Part shown: positions 10,285-23,000 of the stretch, piece after piece
Numbering within the stretch: the first letter of the stretch is position 1
How the letters are laid out: every line of letters begins with the position of its first letter
NCBI GenBank assembly: GCA_024276825.1
Contig: JAJRWI010000081.1
Span: 1-50,550 of the forward strand
Length of the DNA: 50,550 bases
Direction of reading: 5' to 3'
Source of the DNA: an archaeon
Lineage (GTDB): Archaea; Asgardarchaeota; Thorarchaeia; Thorarchaeales; Thorarchaeaceae
The notes under the pieces: model-generated
The model's database searches: none
Told to the model about the DNA's origin: nothing
What the model saw: only the letters and a program-made list of their open reading frames with translations
Translations under genes and position numbers: made by a program

Positions 10285-13200
10285 ATGAATAGGCTAGAGG
10301 TTAGGAACAAGACAATTTCATGTTTGATTGTGACTCTTTTTATCATCGGGTTCATTCCTCAGGCAGTCTGGTCAGGACAGTCTTATGAGTCTTACAATGA
10401 GTTTACTGATAGCTTTGATGATGGATTTGATCTTGATCCAATCTACATATTCTACGAGCCATCAAATTCCACAATGGACATTGTCGCAGAATCTGTCGAC
10501 GAAGTTATTCGGTTCAGAGTGAAGGATGTTCATCTGATACCCATATCCTCAGCATAGGAGCTTCAATTTTGGCTGCTTGATGAACCATGGATTGCAGTAT
10601 ATGCGTTTTCTGCCAATCTGACACATGTTCAGTTTCAATCTGATTCAATTACATGGCAGCAGTTCTATACAACTCTTAAAGAGCATCCAAAAACAAGACA
10701 TGTTGTTGGAATGTCTAACACACTCAGTTTCGAGCAGTTTCATACTACGGACAATCTGCAAATCATGTCCAGCGAAACCGAGCAGACAGATGCCCTTCTT
10801 CTTATTATTCACGATCTCTGGTCAATTGCTGAGATTGTTGATGGTAGATCAAATCAGGATAGAGAATATGAGCAAGCTGCGAAAGAGCTTCGTTCTATTG
10901 TCATCAAAATCTACTCAGACAATTTCAACGAGCTATTCAAAAGGTCCATAGAGCCCATTGATATTGTTGGGCAAGAAGATCCTGATGCCCTTAAGAAGAG
11001 AACTGAGGAGATGTGGAAGAGACATGCTCCCAAGATTGAACCTGCAGTCTATCGCCTGAGTGAAAATGGTTCTCTCAAGTCGATTCCATCTAATGAGATT
11101 CCCAATGACTTCTCGCCTGCCATTAGGTTTGCAAATCATCCAGCTCTTGCAGGTAGTAATGATGACTTCTATCTTGGCGAGTTGCCGCTTTTCTCAGGAT
11201 TGCGCGGACCTATTGGAGAGATCATCAATGTACTACTGCAGATTCTGTCAGACTCAAACAGTAATGAGATAACGATTTCAAATGATTTGATGAGTGACAT
11301 CATGGAGATCTACAAGCAGATTGAACCATTAATTGGCATTGCTGCAAACTATGATAGTAACTCGCCGCTATTGTCGATAATTGATGCCATGGCAAGCCAA
11401 TTTCCATTTATTGAGGAATACAAGCCGTACATCAATGTCCTTGTAAAATGCCTGTTTGCACTAAGGGGTGATAAGGCCAGCATAATCGGAGCACTCACAG
11501 AGGCGGTATTGTCATTGCTTCCAGAAGTGATTCCTAGTGATGTCACTTCATTCATTATAGATATGCTTGGAGTAAATGATGGTCTTGATGAACTGATTGC
11601 AGATGTGGTGAGAGATGGACGCGGTGCTTTCGATGCATTAATGGGATTTTTTACTGAGAAGGTTCTTGCAAAGTTGCTCAACAAGACCTTGGATGCAGTA
11701 TTTGGACTTGATCAGACAGACATAGATGTACTCTTGCCGAGACTCTCATCCTTTGCGAATGCTGTGATCGATTATATTGCAACACGCGACTTTGACACAT
11801 TCATCCAGCGAGTTGGAGAGGACCTACTAATTGGTGCTCTAAACATACTCTCTGTTGATGATGATGCATTCCTGAGCGATATGATGGCATTGATAAAGAT
11901 TGCAGCCACACTTACACATCTAATCGATGATTTCTCAATTGAGTCGGTAATCGATGTTGTTGCAGAAACCCTCACCCTTCTCTTTAGTGAGAGCGAGATG
12001 ACTACTACTTCTGAGGACCTTGCTCGCGGTGTGATGGGTGTCGTAAAGACCTACAAAGAGGGCGAGGGAGTCGAGTTTACAAATGTCACTGCCTTCAGAA
12101 CGCAGGTAGAAGATATCATTGAGAGTTCAATCTCAACTAATGTGCCTGAGGGAATCATCGGTGTCAGTATTGACGCAATTATGCTAATTGGAGGCTACTT
12201 TGTTGATGGGTTTGACAGAAGTGATGTACCCGATCTATTCATGGTATTGGCAAGCCTTGCGAATGAACTTTTAGACACCAACACCGCAATAGAGATGCAG
12301 GATGCCCTTGAGAACCTCATCAAGCCGATTCTTGGAATTATCGCTGAAGTCGCTGATAATGAAGCCATGAAGGAGATAATCAGTCAGACACTCGGCGATT
12401 TCGAGATGGAGATTGGAAACATTCCAGACCTATTAATCGATGTATTGAACTATCTCGATTTTGATGATACACTTGATTCCATCACCGGAGTAAATGACAC
12501 TCTAGGAACTATTGGAGAGATCACATATGGAATTATCAAGGTGATTGGAGAGGCACAGGATGCTTCATTCTCAGGAGTGATGCATGGCATTCTTATTGCT
12601 GTCGGTGGACTGCTTGGAACTTATCCCGCTTTTGATAATGTGCCCATAGACTCGTTCCTTAGTCTGCTAGAGACATTCTTCCCGGATGTCTTTGGCATTC
12701 CCGCTGATGAGGTTCCAAGTAAAGCTGAAGTGATTGCTGAGATAATATCAATGGCGGCTGGAAATCTGGGGATGGGCTTTGATCAAGACAGTCTCACTGA
12801 ACTTCTGGACACTCTAATGAACACTAAGGACATTTTCACAAAAGGAGTTCAGTGGCTTGTTGGTCTGCTATTTGATTGGCTCTCTGGGCAATTGACACCG
12901 CTATTGAACAATCTAGTTGGTCAGATTGAGAGTGCGCTTGGTGGTGCAAACGAGCTACTTGGCTTTCACAGCAATCTTCCAATAGGTCTCGGAAGCTGGA
13001 ACCTTTTTGAACTCACAATAGATCTTGGTCTAACTGCAAACTTCGATATCGATCCACAACCATTATTTGATCTTATATCCAGCGTTATATTTGATGCACG
13101 CAAGGCTCTCTCTCTTGATACTCTAGAAGACTTCTTCAAGGTGATTTTCAAGTGTTTCTCAATTAGTCCCCAGTTCTATGCCAGCATGGGAGTTAATGAG

Positions 13201-16200
13201 TTTGACACCTCAAAGAACCCGTTCATGGCATTTCTACTTGAGAGCTTTGGTGTGGAACTGACATTTTCAGGAAGTGCTCACTTTGTTCTCAATCTGTTCA
13301 CATTCAGAAATGGTATCTTTGAATGGGAGAACTTCATGGAGATTGTTGAGTGGGGATTCACAATCAAAATCGCAATCTCAAGAATGTTCACATTTCTTGA
13401 CTTCGTGACCGGAGGTGCAGGCGGAGCACTCAATTCAATTGGTAAATACATCGGCCTTGATGCCATTAGTGTGACTGTCTATTTTGCTGTTGGTCTTGAT
13501 ATCGTCAAGAGGGCAGCGACCGCAATTGCCCCAGAGATATCTACTTTGACCTTGTCACTCACAATAGGAGCTATAGTACATCTTGGCATTGATGTCATTA
13601 TTGCTGAAGTTGCGATAGAAGGCATATTGGAAATCACACTGACGTTCTTCCAAGACCTATCTTCTGGAGCACCTCTTAAGATATTTCTCGAACTGGTTCT
13701 CACTGTTAGAGTAATCGTTGAGTTGCTCTTTGTCAGTAAGAAGTGGAACTTCAATCTCTTGGACAAGCTCTGGGATATCAGTCCAAGTAAGGGTGATGAT
13801 GAGTACAATGACTCAGCTATTGGCTTCGATACTGATGGTGATGGACTCGGTGACGAGTATGAGGCCACCATACCGGGTCTGAATCCACTTTCACCCGACA
13901 CGGACAGTGATGGAGCAAGCGATAAACTTGAGGTTCAAACAATGCTCACAGATCCCGTCAATCCAGACACGGATGGTGACGGACTACTAGATGGCGAAGA
14001 GTGGAATATTGGTACCAATCCACATCAACCTGATAGTGATTATGACACAATCTCTGATTTCGATGAGGTCAGAATCTATGCAACGGACCCGTTATCACAA
14101 GATACTGATGGCGATCAATTGACTGATGACTACGAAATATTCACGAGTTGGGACATTGCTAACATCACACCAACTGTGACTGAGGTCATCATTGGTGGCG
14201 TGTCATACAATGACCACACCGATCCGCTCAATCCAGACACTGATGGTGACGGACTCCTTGATGGTCAAGAGGGACCAATGGGAGCCTATTATGGTCTTGA
14301 GTGTCTCTACAACGACACACCAGGCTCTGGGTTCGATCCCGACCCAATAATATTCAATCAGGGCTACACACATCCATTGGATGCGGACACTGATGATGAC
14401 TCATATCTCCAGTTGTATAATGGTGAAGTTGACACCCAGGCTCTCAAGTTTCTAATGGACATGAATGATGGTAATGAGGTCAATGGATTCAAGGTCATCT
14501 TCTATGATGAATACGGTATGCCTGAGGAACGTCTGGTATTCACTAATCCTTGCAATCCCGATTCTGATGGTGACACTGGAGTCACTGATAGAACTCCTCA
14601 ACCAGGACTCTGGCTGAACAGTGATGGCTATGAACTCGCACAGAATCCGCCAACAGATCCAAACAACGCAGACTCGGACGGTGATGGTCTTATCGATGGT
14701 ATTGAGGGAGTTCTCAATCCTCTGTCAAATCATACGAATCCAAATGTCGCAGATACTGATGCAGATGGGCTATATGACATGCAAGAGATCCTGCTCGGAT
14801 GTGATCCAAGATCTCCCGACACCGATGGAGACTTGATAACTGATGGAGATGAGTTTTACAAGTTCCACACCAATCCACTTGTGCCAGACTCTGACTTTGA
14901 TGGCCTTAAGGATGGCGAGGAAGTGTATCTCTGGCATAGCAATCCCATGCTTGATGACTCAGATGGCGATTCGCTTCTTGATGGTCAAGAAGTATTGATT
15001 TATGGCAGTGATCCCATGGATGAAGATTCTGACAATGACGGTCTTACCGACTTTCAGGAGATATTCATCTATTATACAGACTGCTTCCAGTTTGACACTG
15101 ATGGGGATGGCTTGAATGATGCCGAGGAAGTGCTTGTATATGATACCAACCCACTTTCTTGGGACACTGATAGAGACTCCATCACCGAGCCAAATGAATA
15201 TGGCGACTATACGTGGCCTATGAGTGACTATGACGAAATCATGGTGTATCATACCAATGCTACCGATCCCGACTCAGACCTTGATGGACTCTCAGATGCC
15301 ATTGAGTTGTATCTTGGGTCCGGTGAGATCCCATGGATGGATCCAATACCCCTCAATGCTTCTAATCCAGATACTGATGGTGATCTATTACTTGACGGCC
15401 AAGAACTGCTTCTCATGAATGTGAGTGACATCGTGTATCCATATGTTTCAATCACAGTTGTCTTGAAATACAATACAGATCCATGTAACAATGACACTGA
15501 TGGGGACCTTCTTACAGACTATCAAGAAGTTATGATATTCAACACAAATGCAAACAGCACAGACACAGACAACGATACTCTGGATGACTGGTCAGAAATA
15601 TGGAGATACAACACAAGCGCCCTGAGCAATGATACTGATGGTGACGGGCTTTATGATTTCGAAGAAACCTTGAGTGATGTTTGGCCCTATGGTCCGTGGC
15701 CGCCAACCGACTGGTCAACTGGCAAGGTCCCGCTAGTTGCAGAAGTCGTAGATACTGGACATCAGCCAAATCAGGCCTATGGCACAAGTGCTACTGATCC
15801 TGACTCTGATGATGACTTCCTGCCAGATGGCCTCGAAGTGCACTTCTACAGTTCAGACCCACTATCAAACGACTCTGATAACGATGGCATCTTGGACACA
15901 TTTGAATATGACTATGATCTTGATGGGCTTGAGGATGGAGTAGAATACAGCATTGGCACGGTCTATCTTCTTGGTGGGGGTATTACAAATCCAGACAGTG
16001 ATGGTGATGGATTAACTGACGGTGATGAGTACTATATCTATGGAACATCACCAATACTCGCAGACAGTGATGGCGATGGCCTTTCGGATGGTTTTGAAGT
16101 TGCAGTGGGTTCCAATCCAATGGAGTTGAGTTTCCTAGCCATTCTTAGTCCGATTAGTGGAACCGTGCGACCAAACACAATTGTTAGTGTGATGAACTTC

Positions 16201-17028
16201 ACAACCTTTGATGCTATGTGGTATCGATATCGATCTAATGGAATCTGGTCGGACAATTCAACTCTAACATATGTTTCAGAAGAAAAGCGTTGGGTGGACA
16301 CATCAGTAACTTGGGCCTTAGGAAACTACGAACTCGAAGTGTTTGGTCAAGATGCCTATGGTAACGTCACATCCTATTCAATCACATTCTCTGTTACCAT
16401 TGAAGCTCCAGAAGGCATCACCATGCTTGTAATGACTCCAGTTCAGGGTGCAGAGATCTCGCCATATACAGCAGTCAGAGTTGCAAATCTGACACCATTC
16501 GAAACAATGTGGTTCAGATACACTACAGGAACTGAATGGAGTGACAATAACACACTGGAATATGATGCATCATCTCAACTGTGGCATAATGACTCGATTA
16601 TATGGGAGCCAGGAAGTTACACGCTGCAAGTGTTTGGAAGAACGCATTCTGGTCATACCTATTCAGCACAGATCACATTTGTCGTGGCTCCTATTCCTGC
16701 GGACTTCACATGGCTGATAATATTGGGTCTAATTGTAGCTCTGGGTGTTGTGAGTTTTGGTCTTGTATGGTTCAACATCTTGCCTCGATTGAGGAAAGAA
16801 TCGCCACCCCCCAAGTCTACTGAGAAGGGTGAACCAGATGAGTCAGGTGAAACCAGTTCTGAAGAACCTGCTGAAAAGCCTGAAGAGTCTGCAACTACTG
16901 AAAAACCAAAGGTCGATGAGAAAAAACCCACTAAGAAGAAAAAACGAAAAACAACGGCCAAGAAGAGCACTTCATCCTCTAGGAGGAAAAGAACAAGCAA
17001 GGCCAAAAAGGGAGGTGCGGAGGAATGA
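10285..17028 (+). CDS. Giant type-I membrane protein (~2247 aa if read through): signal peptide, alpha/beta domain, long acidic helical region, beta-sheet region, ~26 thrombospondin type-3-like Ca-binding repeats, 2 Ig-like domains, TM, charged tail; interrupted by in-frame TAG at 10555-10557
   Basis: Track ORFs 10267-10557 and 10711-17028 share a frame, and the 51 codons between them are open (SSA*ELQFWLLDEPWIAVYAFSANL...RHVVGMSNT). The signal peptide is only in the upstream piece. Confidence 0.8.
13825..16125 (+). repeat. ~26 DxDxDGLxDxxE-(x)n-T[ND]P repeats (bacterial/archaeal TSP3-like calcium-binding repeats)
   Basis: Examples: NPDTDGDGLLDGEE, PDSDFDGLKDGEE, ADSDGDGLSDGFE. Counted by eye from the translation. 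Confidence 0.9.
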
Positions 17029-20000
17029 GAGTGAGGATTAGATTATTCACAATGATTGTCATGATAGTGATGATGGTAGGCACTTTTGCAGTGGTGCCTG
17101 GCATTCCGAACAAGGCGGGAGAACAAATCGATGATGGTAGTGCAATGAGTCCAATAGTAGATGCGCCAAATAATGTCAATCAGGCAATTCAAAAGGCTCT
17201 TGCTGAAGCATATTCAGACTACCCATCAGATTTGGATCTTAACGACTTTCTTGGAGATCGTGATAACTCATATAGAATCACATATGAGCCTTGGAAGTCA
17301 AAGGCCGCAATTCATGCTATCGCTTATGATGAAGACACTGGCTTCTTGGCACTTGGTGGAGGTTATCTATACGATAATGAAGTTCACCTCTATCGTGAGA
17401 ATGTGATCACAGGCGAGTTTGACAAAGTATTCGAGCTTGGTGATGGCGTGATCAGAGGTGATGTTCTCAGTGTCGACTTTGGAGACACTGACCTCAACTC
17501 ATTTCTTGAAGTTGCAGTCGCCTCTTCAGATGGGCATGTCTACGTATTTGAACAGCGACATCTGTACGACCCTTATGCAAATACTGAGAACATGTTCGAT
17601 CTTGTCTGGACAAGCCCGGGTCTCTTCAGAGTGTTTGCTGTGAAGATTGATGATGTTGATAGAGACTATCGACCTGATATCATTGCAGGCTCATGGGATG
17701 GTAAGGTACACCTTTACGAATATGACAATCATAGTGGCTATCCATTTGTTGAAGAACACTGGATCACATACAGAGAGGTCTCCACACTTGATGTTGGAGG
17801 AAAAGTGTATAGCCTTGAAACAGGAGACACCAATAACAATGGCTTGCCAGAGATTGTTGTAGGTACACGTGATGGGAGAGTCTATGTGTTTGAGAATGCA
17901 GGCACAAGCATTATGATAAATAATGAGCCATTCCCCCTCATTCGTGACAATACATACAATCTGCGATGGACCAGTGAGAATTATACTTGGCAGCCAATAA
18001 GATCAATTGCTGTCGGAGAGCTTGATGGCACACTTGGTGATGAGGTCGCATTGGTTGCGGAGGGGCAGGGGGTCTTCACTCTAGACTGGGATGAGTCTCG
18101 AGAAACCTATGAATATAAGAAAGTACAGCGCGAATTCGCAGACTGGGAAACCTATGGCTTTCATGGTCTAGATTATTGGGCAGACTCGGTTGTTTATGCT
18201 GAGAATGTTGTTTATCACGATCCGGCAAACGCGTCCTTAGTAATAGACGAACCCATCCAATACGAATGGAATGATGCCTTAAAGATATTCTTGCCCAATG
18301 CCAGTGTCTATCCCTACAACACCGGCATGGCTCAGATGACAGACGGGAATTATTCAACATTTGACACTACATCGCCAGATATTGACAATGCTACTGCAAT
18401 TGTTGATTTTGGTCTGGATGAAGAGGGCACGGGGAGCGCAAACTCACAAGCGGATATCATAATCACTTTCAAAGATATACTAAATGCCAGTGTATATGAC
18501 AAGCTGAAGTTCTATATTGGCCAGACTACTAATGCCATGTTTCAAGTCAACAGTTCGTGTTTCGAAATCATGCAATCAGACCAGACCAAGCTGATGATCG
18601 ATGTGGATGATGTGCTAAATGAGCAGAAGATGGACTGGTTTAGATACGCAAAGATATTTGTTGATAATGATGGGTATTATGCCATCAATTCAATCGAGCT
18701 CATGCAAGTCTACAACCTTCTGACTGATGCGCTCTCCCTCACAATAGGGCCACTAAAGATGGATGGTACGGCATATGCTTTGGGCCTTGATGAGGCCAAC
18801 AAAATTGTCGTTGCTACAGTCACGGGCGAGTTCGTCGCGATCTCATTCAATGTTGGAACCAATGAATATGAGATTGTTTGGGAGTCATATGATGATGAGC
18901 GATACACACTTGGTGCCAACGTGTGGGATATCGAACATATCAAGACCTTCGAGACCGTGCCTATATGGTTGGATATTGGGGAGCTCAACAATATTGAACC
19001 ATTAATTGGAAACTACAACTCTTGGGGATATGGTATCATTAACCCAATCACTGCGGGTGGCGATGGCACACCATATTATCTCATTGGCACAGATGTTAGC
19101 TCGGTCTTTGCAGTAGACATGGGAGGAAATGCGGATACGACCGTCAACAATTATCTTAATCTAATCTACACTGGGCTCAAAAAATACACATCAGCTGAAG
19201 TTGCCTGGCTCTGGCCAACAGAATCAGTTGGGCAACTTCCAATGATTGCAGTGGGTTCATATAATCCAGATGGAAATTATAAGGATCCTTACAATTACTA
19301 TTCCAGAGCTTCAATAGACTTCTACAAGAGATCATTGCCCACCGAACAGTTTGATTATTGGATGAGCATTGAGCAACTCGACCTAAGTGGACAGATGTCA
19401 GCAATATTGTCAATGTCAAAGACCACGCCAAAGATGAGCTTTGCAGATTATGACAGAGATGGTGACCTAGATATGGTAGTCTCTAATGGTCATGTTTACA
19501 TGGTCAGGAATATCTTTGCAGAATCAGGTTTAACTTACTTTTCATTCGAACCAGACTATTTTGAAGAGATAAACAGACAATTCTCGGGTATTGTATGGGG
19601 ACAGCCTGAGATGGTGGACATTAATCAAGATGGTTTATTTGATATTGTGCTCTCATATGTAGAGAAGAATGGAGCCACCTGTTTTATCAATAAGGGTACA
19701 GCCACAAGTCCAGTATGGGTGGAAGAGAGGCAATTATTCTCCAACTCAAATCCCGAAACCAATCTGAATGTGATGGGGTTAACAGACATTAGGCTTGTAC
19801 CAAATATTGGAGGATACACACATCAACGTTATGCAGAGAGTGCATCGATTAACCTTCAAGGAAACTATTCACTTGCCGCATATAATGGAGCAACTGGAAA
19901 ACTACATTGGGCAATCCCACAGTATTCTGCAATAGACTCCTATCTAGTTGCAACATATCCAAGGGTTGCAAGGATGGATTTCTGTCTTATGCATAGTGAG

Positions 20001-23000
20001 AGTTTTAGAAATCTTGGTTTTCATGTCCGTGAATCATGGAACACAGATTTTGACCTTGAAGACTGGACTCTTTCAATCTCATCTGGCGATATCGATGGGG
20101 ATGGTCGTGGTGAGCTTATTGTTGGAGATTATGATAACAATGTATATGCTTTTGAACACATGAGGAATAACACATTCAAACGCATGTTCAGATCCTTTGA
20201 CCTCAACCACACAATGGTGACCGATGTAAGTCCTTACGCATATGAAGACCTTGAAGGGATCTCAGGTGACTTCAGGAGAAAGATTTGGGATCATGCAAAG
20301 TTCTTAATTGCAGACATCGACCTTGATCAGGATTTAAAGAAGGAGATCATTGTAGCAAGCGATCTTCAGTTCTACATTTTTGAGGCAACCGGAATCGATG
20401 ATACAATACAATATGCCTATTCGTTTGACTTACGAAACCTCAGCTATCTTGAGCAAGAGTCAAATGCCTGGAAAGATGTCACCGAGATCACAGCTGTTAG
20501 TGCTGGTGTCGATCTCGATAATGATGGCCGCCTTGAACTCGTTGTAGCAGCAGGCCCATTTTTGTTTGTATACAACATCGATAAAGGGTCATTTGAAGAC
20601 ATGGAACAAAATGATATCTTTGGCATGTATGGTGATGAGAAGGGGCGATATGCACTATTTGGAAATCCAGAAGCATCATCTCAGTACCAGAATGCAGTGA
20701 TACAGGCTCTTGCAGTTGGGGACACTGATACAGATGGCTATTTGGATCTGATAATAGGAGGAGTTGAGGACAACACACTGATGACAAGAAATGGACTGTT
20801 AAGAGTGTATGAATGTATGGGCGGGACATTTCAAGAGGTTTGGCAAGCTCCAACCACAGTGACTGATGGAAATCCAGTCAGCAGTATCCTAATTGATGAT
20901 CAGGATTATGATGGACTTCCGGAGATAATCATCGGGCACACAAAGGGAATAGACATTTTTGAATGGGTCGCCGGTAAAGATTCAGAGTATCAGCTCGTTG
21001 AAACAATCACTTCATCACCGAATTATCCCACCATCACCGCTAACTCAATCACCCCATCATATTCTGAAACCTATTCAAATCGCACCGCTAATGACCTTGT
21101 ATGGGACATGACAGGTCTAACTGATTCTGCATTTGTTGTCTATTGTGATAATAGCAAATTAATGTGGAATTTCTATAACAATAGCACTCAGAGTTGGTCC
21201 TTCCCCTTTGGGGTTCCCACCAATTTTAATTATGATGGTGGCAGTATTAATATCGATTATGAACACCAACCATCATTGTTTTCAGACTCTAATGGAACAT
21301 ATCTTGTCTGGAAGGCAAAGAGAAGCAGCAGTAGCAGAACTGACTTTTGGATATCACAGCTAAACTACACATTATCTCAGTGGAACAGTCCGTCATGGGT
21401 CTATAACGACACAGACACATTCGGTAATAGAAATTTCCCCGACCTCTTTGAGTATAACTCCACTCACTTTGGAGTGCTCTATGTTCGTAGCACAATCCTT
21501 GAGTCTGTAATTTATTATACGTTGATTGCAAAGAATTTCACAGGGCCTAGGGAAACCTTCAAGTTGTCGTATCCCGACCAGTCATCATTTGATGTGCAAA
21601 AAGCATCAATTATCAACTTGCCAGATGGCGGGTTTGCAATTGCAATGTCTGCAAGAAAGACTGACACAACAAAAGCTGACTTTGATATCTGGACCCTATA
21701 CAGCGACTCATTTGATTTCAGCAGTTCAATACCACATAGAGCAACCAGTTCATTCTATGATGATCTCTATCCAGACATTGATTTCCTCTGGAGTGATAAC
21801 TCAACGCTTCTGGTTGCTTATGAGAGGGGTGGCACACAGTTTGATGACAATCTTGGTCTGGTGGCAAGTTTCAACAATGGTTCCACATGGACACTGGAGG
21901 GCATGCTCAATCCATACCCAAGCTATTTCTCAAGGGTTGAATTCTCAGGATATTACTACTATCAATGGAGTGGGAGCCCAACGTACTCAATCAAGCCCAT
22001 GGCATTCTCACCATCAATCGTGGGTAATAAGTATGGTAGCGGCTTCATGTATGCCTTTGGGTTTACAACAATTGATGGTGTGACTCACACAATGTCGAAT
22101 GATATACTATATGGTATTAATCCATCTGAGGACTGGATCCACAACAGTCTACATGATATTGCCAAATTGACTGTTGGAGACACTGATTCAGATGGTAGAC
22201 GCGAAATCATTGCTGCTTTTAGGAATCAGTTTGGAGTTTATGAGTTAAAGAGTTCAACTGACGGACAGGGCAATATGAGTTATAGTGAGGCGTTTCTATC
22301 AGAGCCCTTTGTGAATGAGATAACTGGCATCACAACTTATGATGCCAATGGCAATGGCTGGCAGGAGATTGCGATCTCAAGCATGCATGGTGATGTGTTC
22401 GTCTTTGAATACATGGACCCGTCTCATGGTCCGACCGAGTTCACTGCATCTGCCCTTGCTTCCAACACCACATTTTATGGAGGAATGTTGGGAGGAGTCA
22501 TGGCAGAGAGTCTGAAGAGTGGAGATGTTGACAATGATGGCAAGGACGAGTTAGTTGTCAATGCTCTCGCTGGAGGATTCCATCTATTTGATGATGATGG
22601 AACTCTTGTCTGGAATGTGACCTCTGATGACATCTTTGTGACAATGGACCTCATCGACATTATTGGTGATGAAGCACTAGAGATTGTTGCGATTCAATGG
22701 GGAGAGCAGAACCTCCTTGCATACAACTCCAGTGATGGTTCTTTACTTTGGAACACCACAGGATTCACTAATGATCTTGGCAGCATTGACTTTGGAGACA
22801 TTGATGGCGATGGCGACGCAGAGATAGTCGTCAATACAGATGATGGTAGAATCTGGGTCATTTTCGGAAATGGCACTGTCTGGAGTAATATTAGCACGGG
22901 CAGTTCAACCATCTGGGGCCTTGTTGTTGGAGATTTCACCAATAACACAATTCTAGATGTGGCATATGCCAACAGCTCCTATGCTGTGAGGGTGATTGAT

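Noticed and set aside
10558-10620. PYLIS-like hairpin after the amber codon
   Set aside because: Only a ~5-bp TTGGC/GCCAA complement was found, and nothing similar follows the other TAGs.
13825-16125. Recurring GACACTGATGGTGA-like DNA motifs as a CRISPR or DNA repeat array
   Set aside because: They are degenerate at third codon positions and irregularly spaced. Protein-level DxDGD repeats explain them.
11460-17465. RGD tripeptides in both giant proteins (ALRGDK; VIRGDV)
   Set aside because: One occurrence per >2000 aa of Gly/Asp-rich protein is expected by chance, the contexts look structural, and no integrin-beta/vWA partner is seen.
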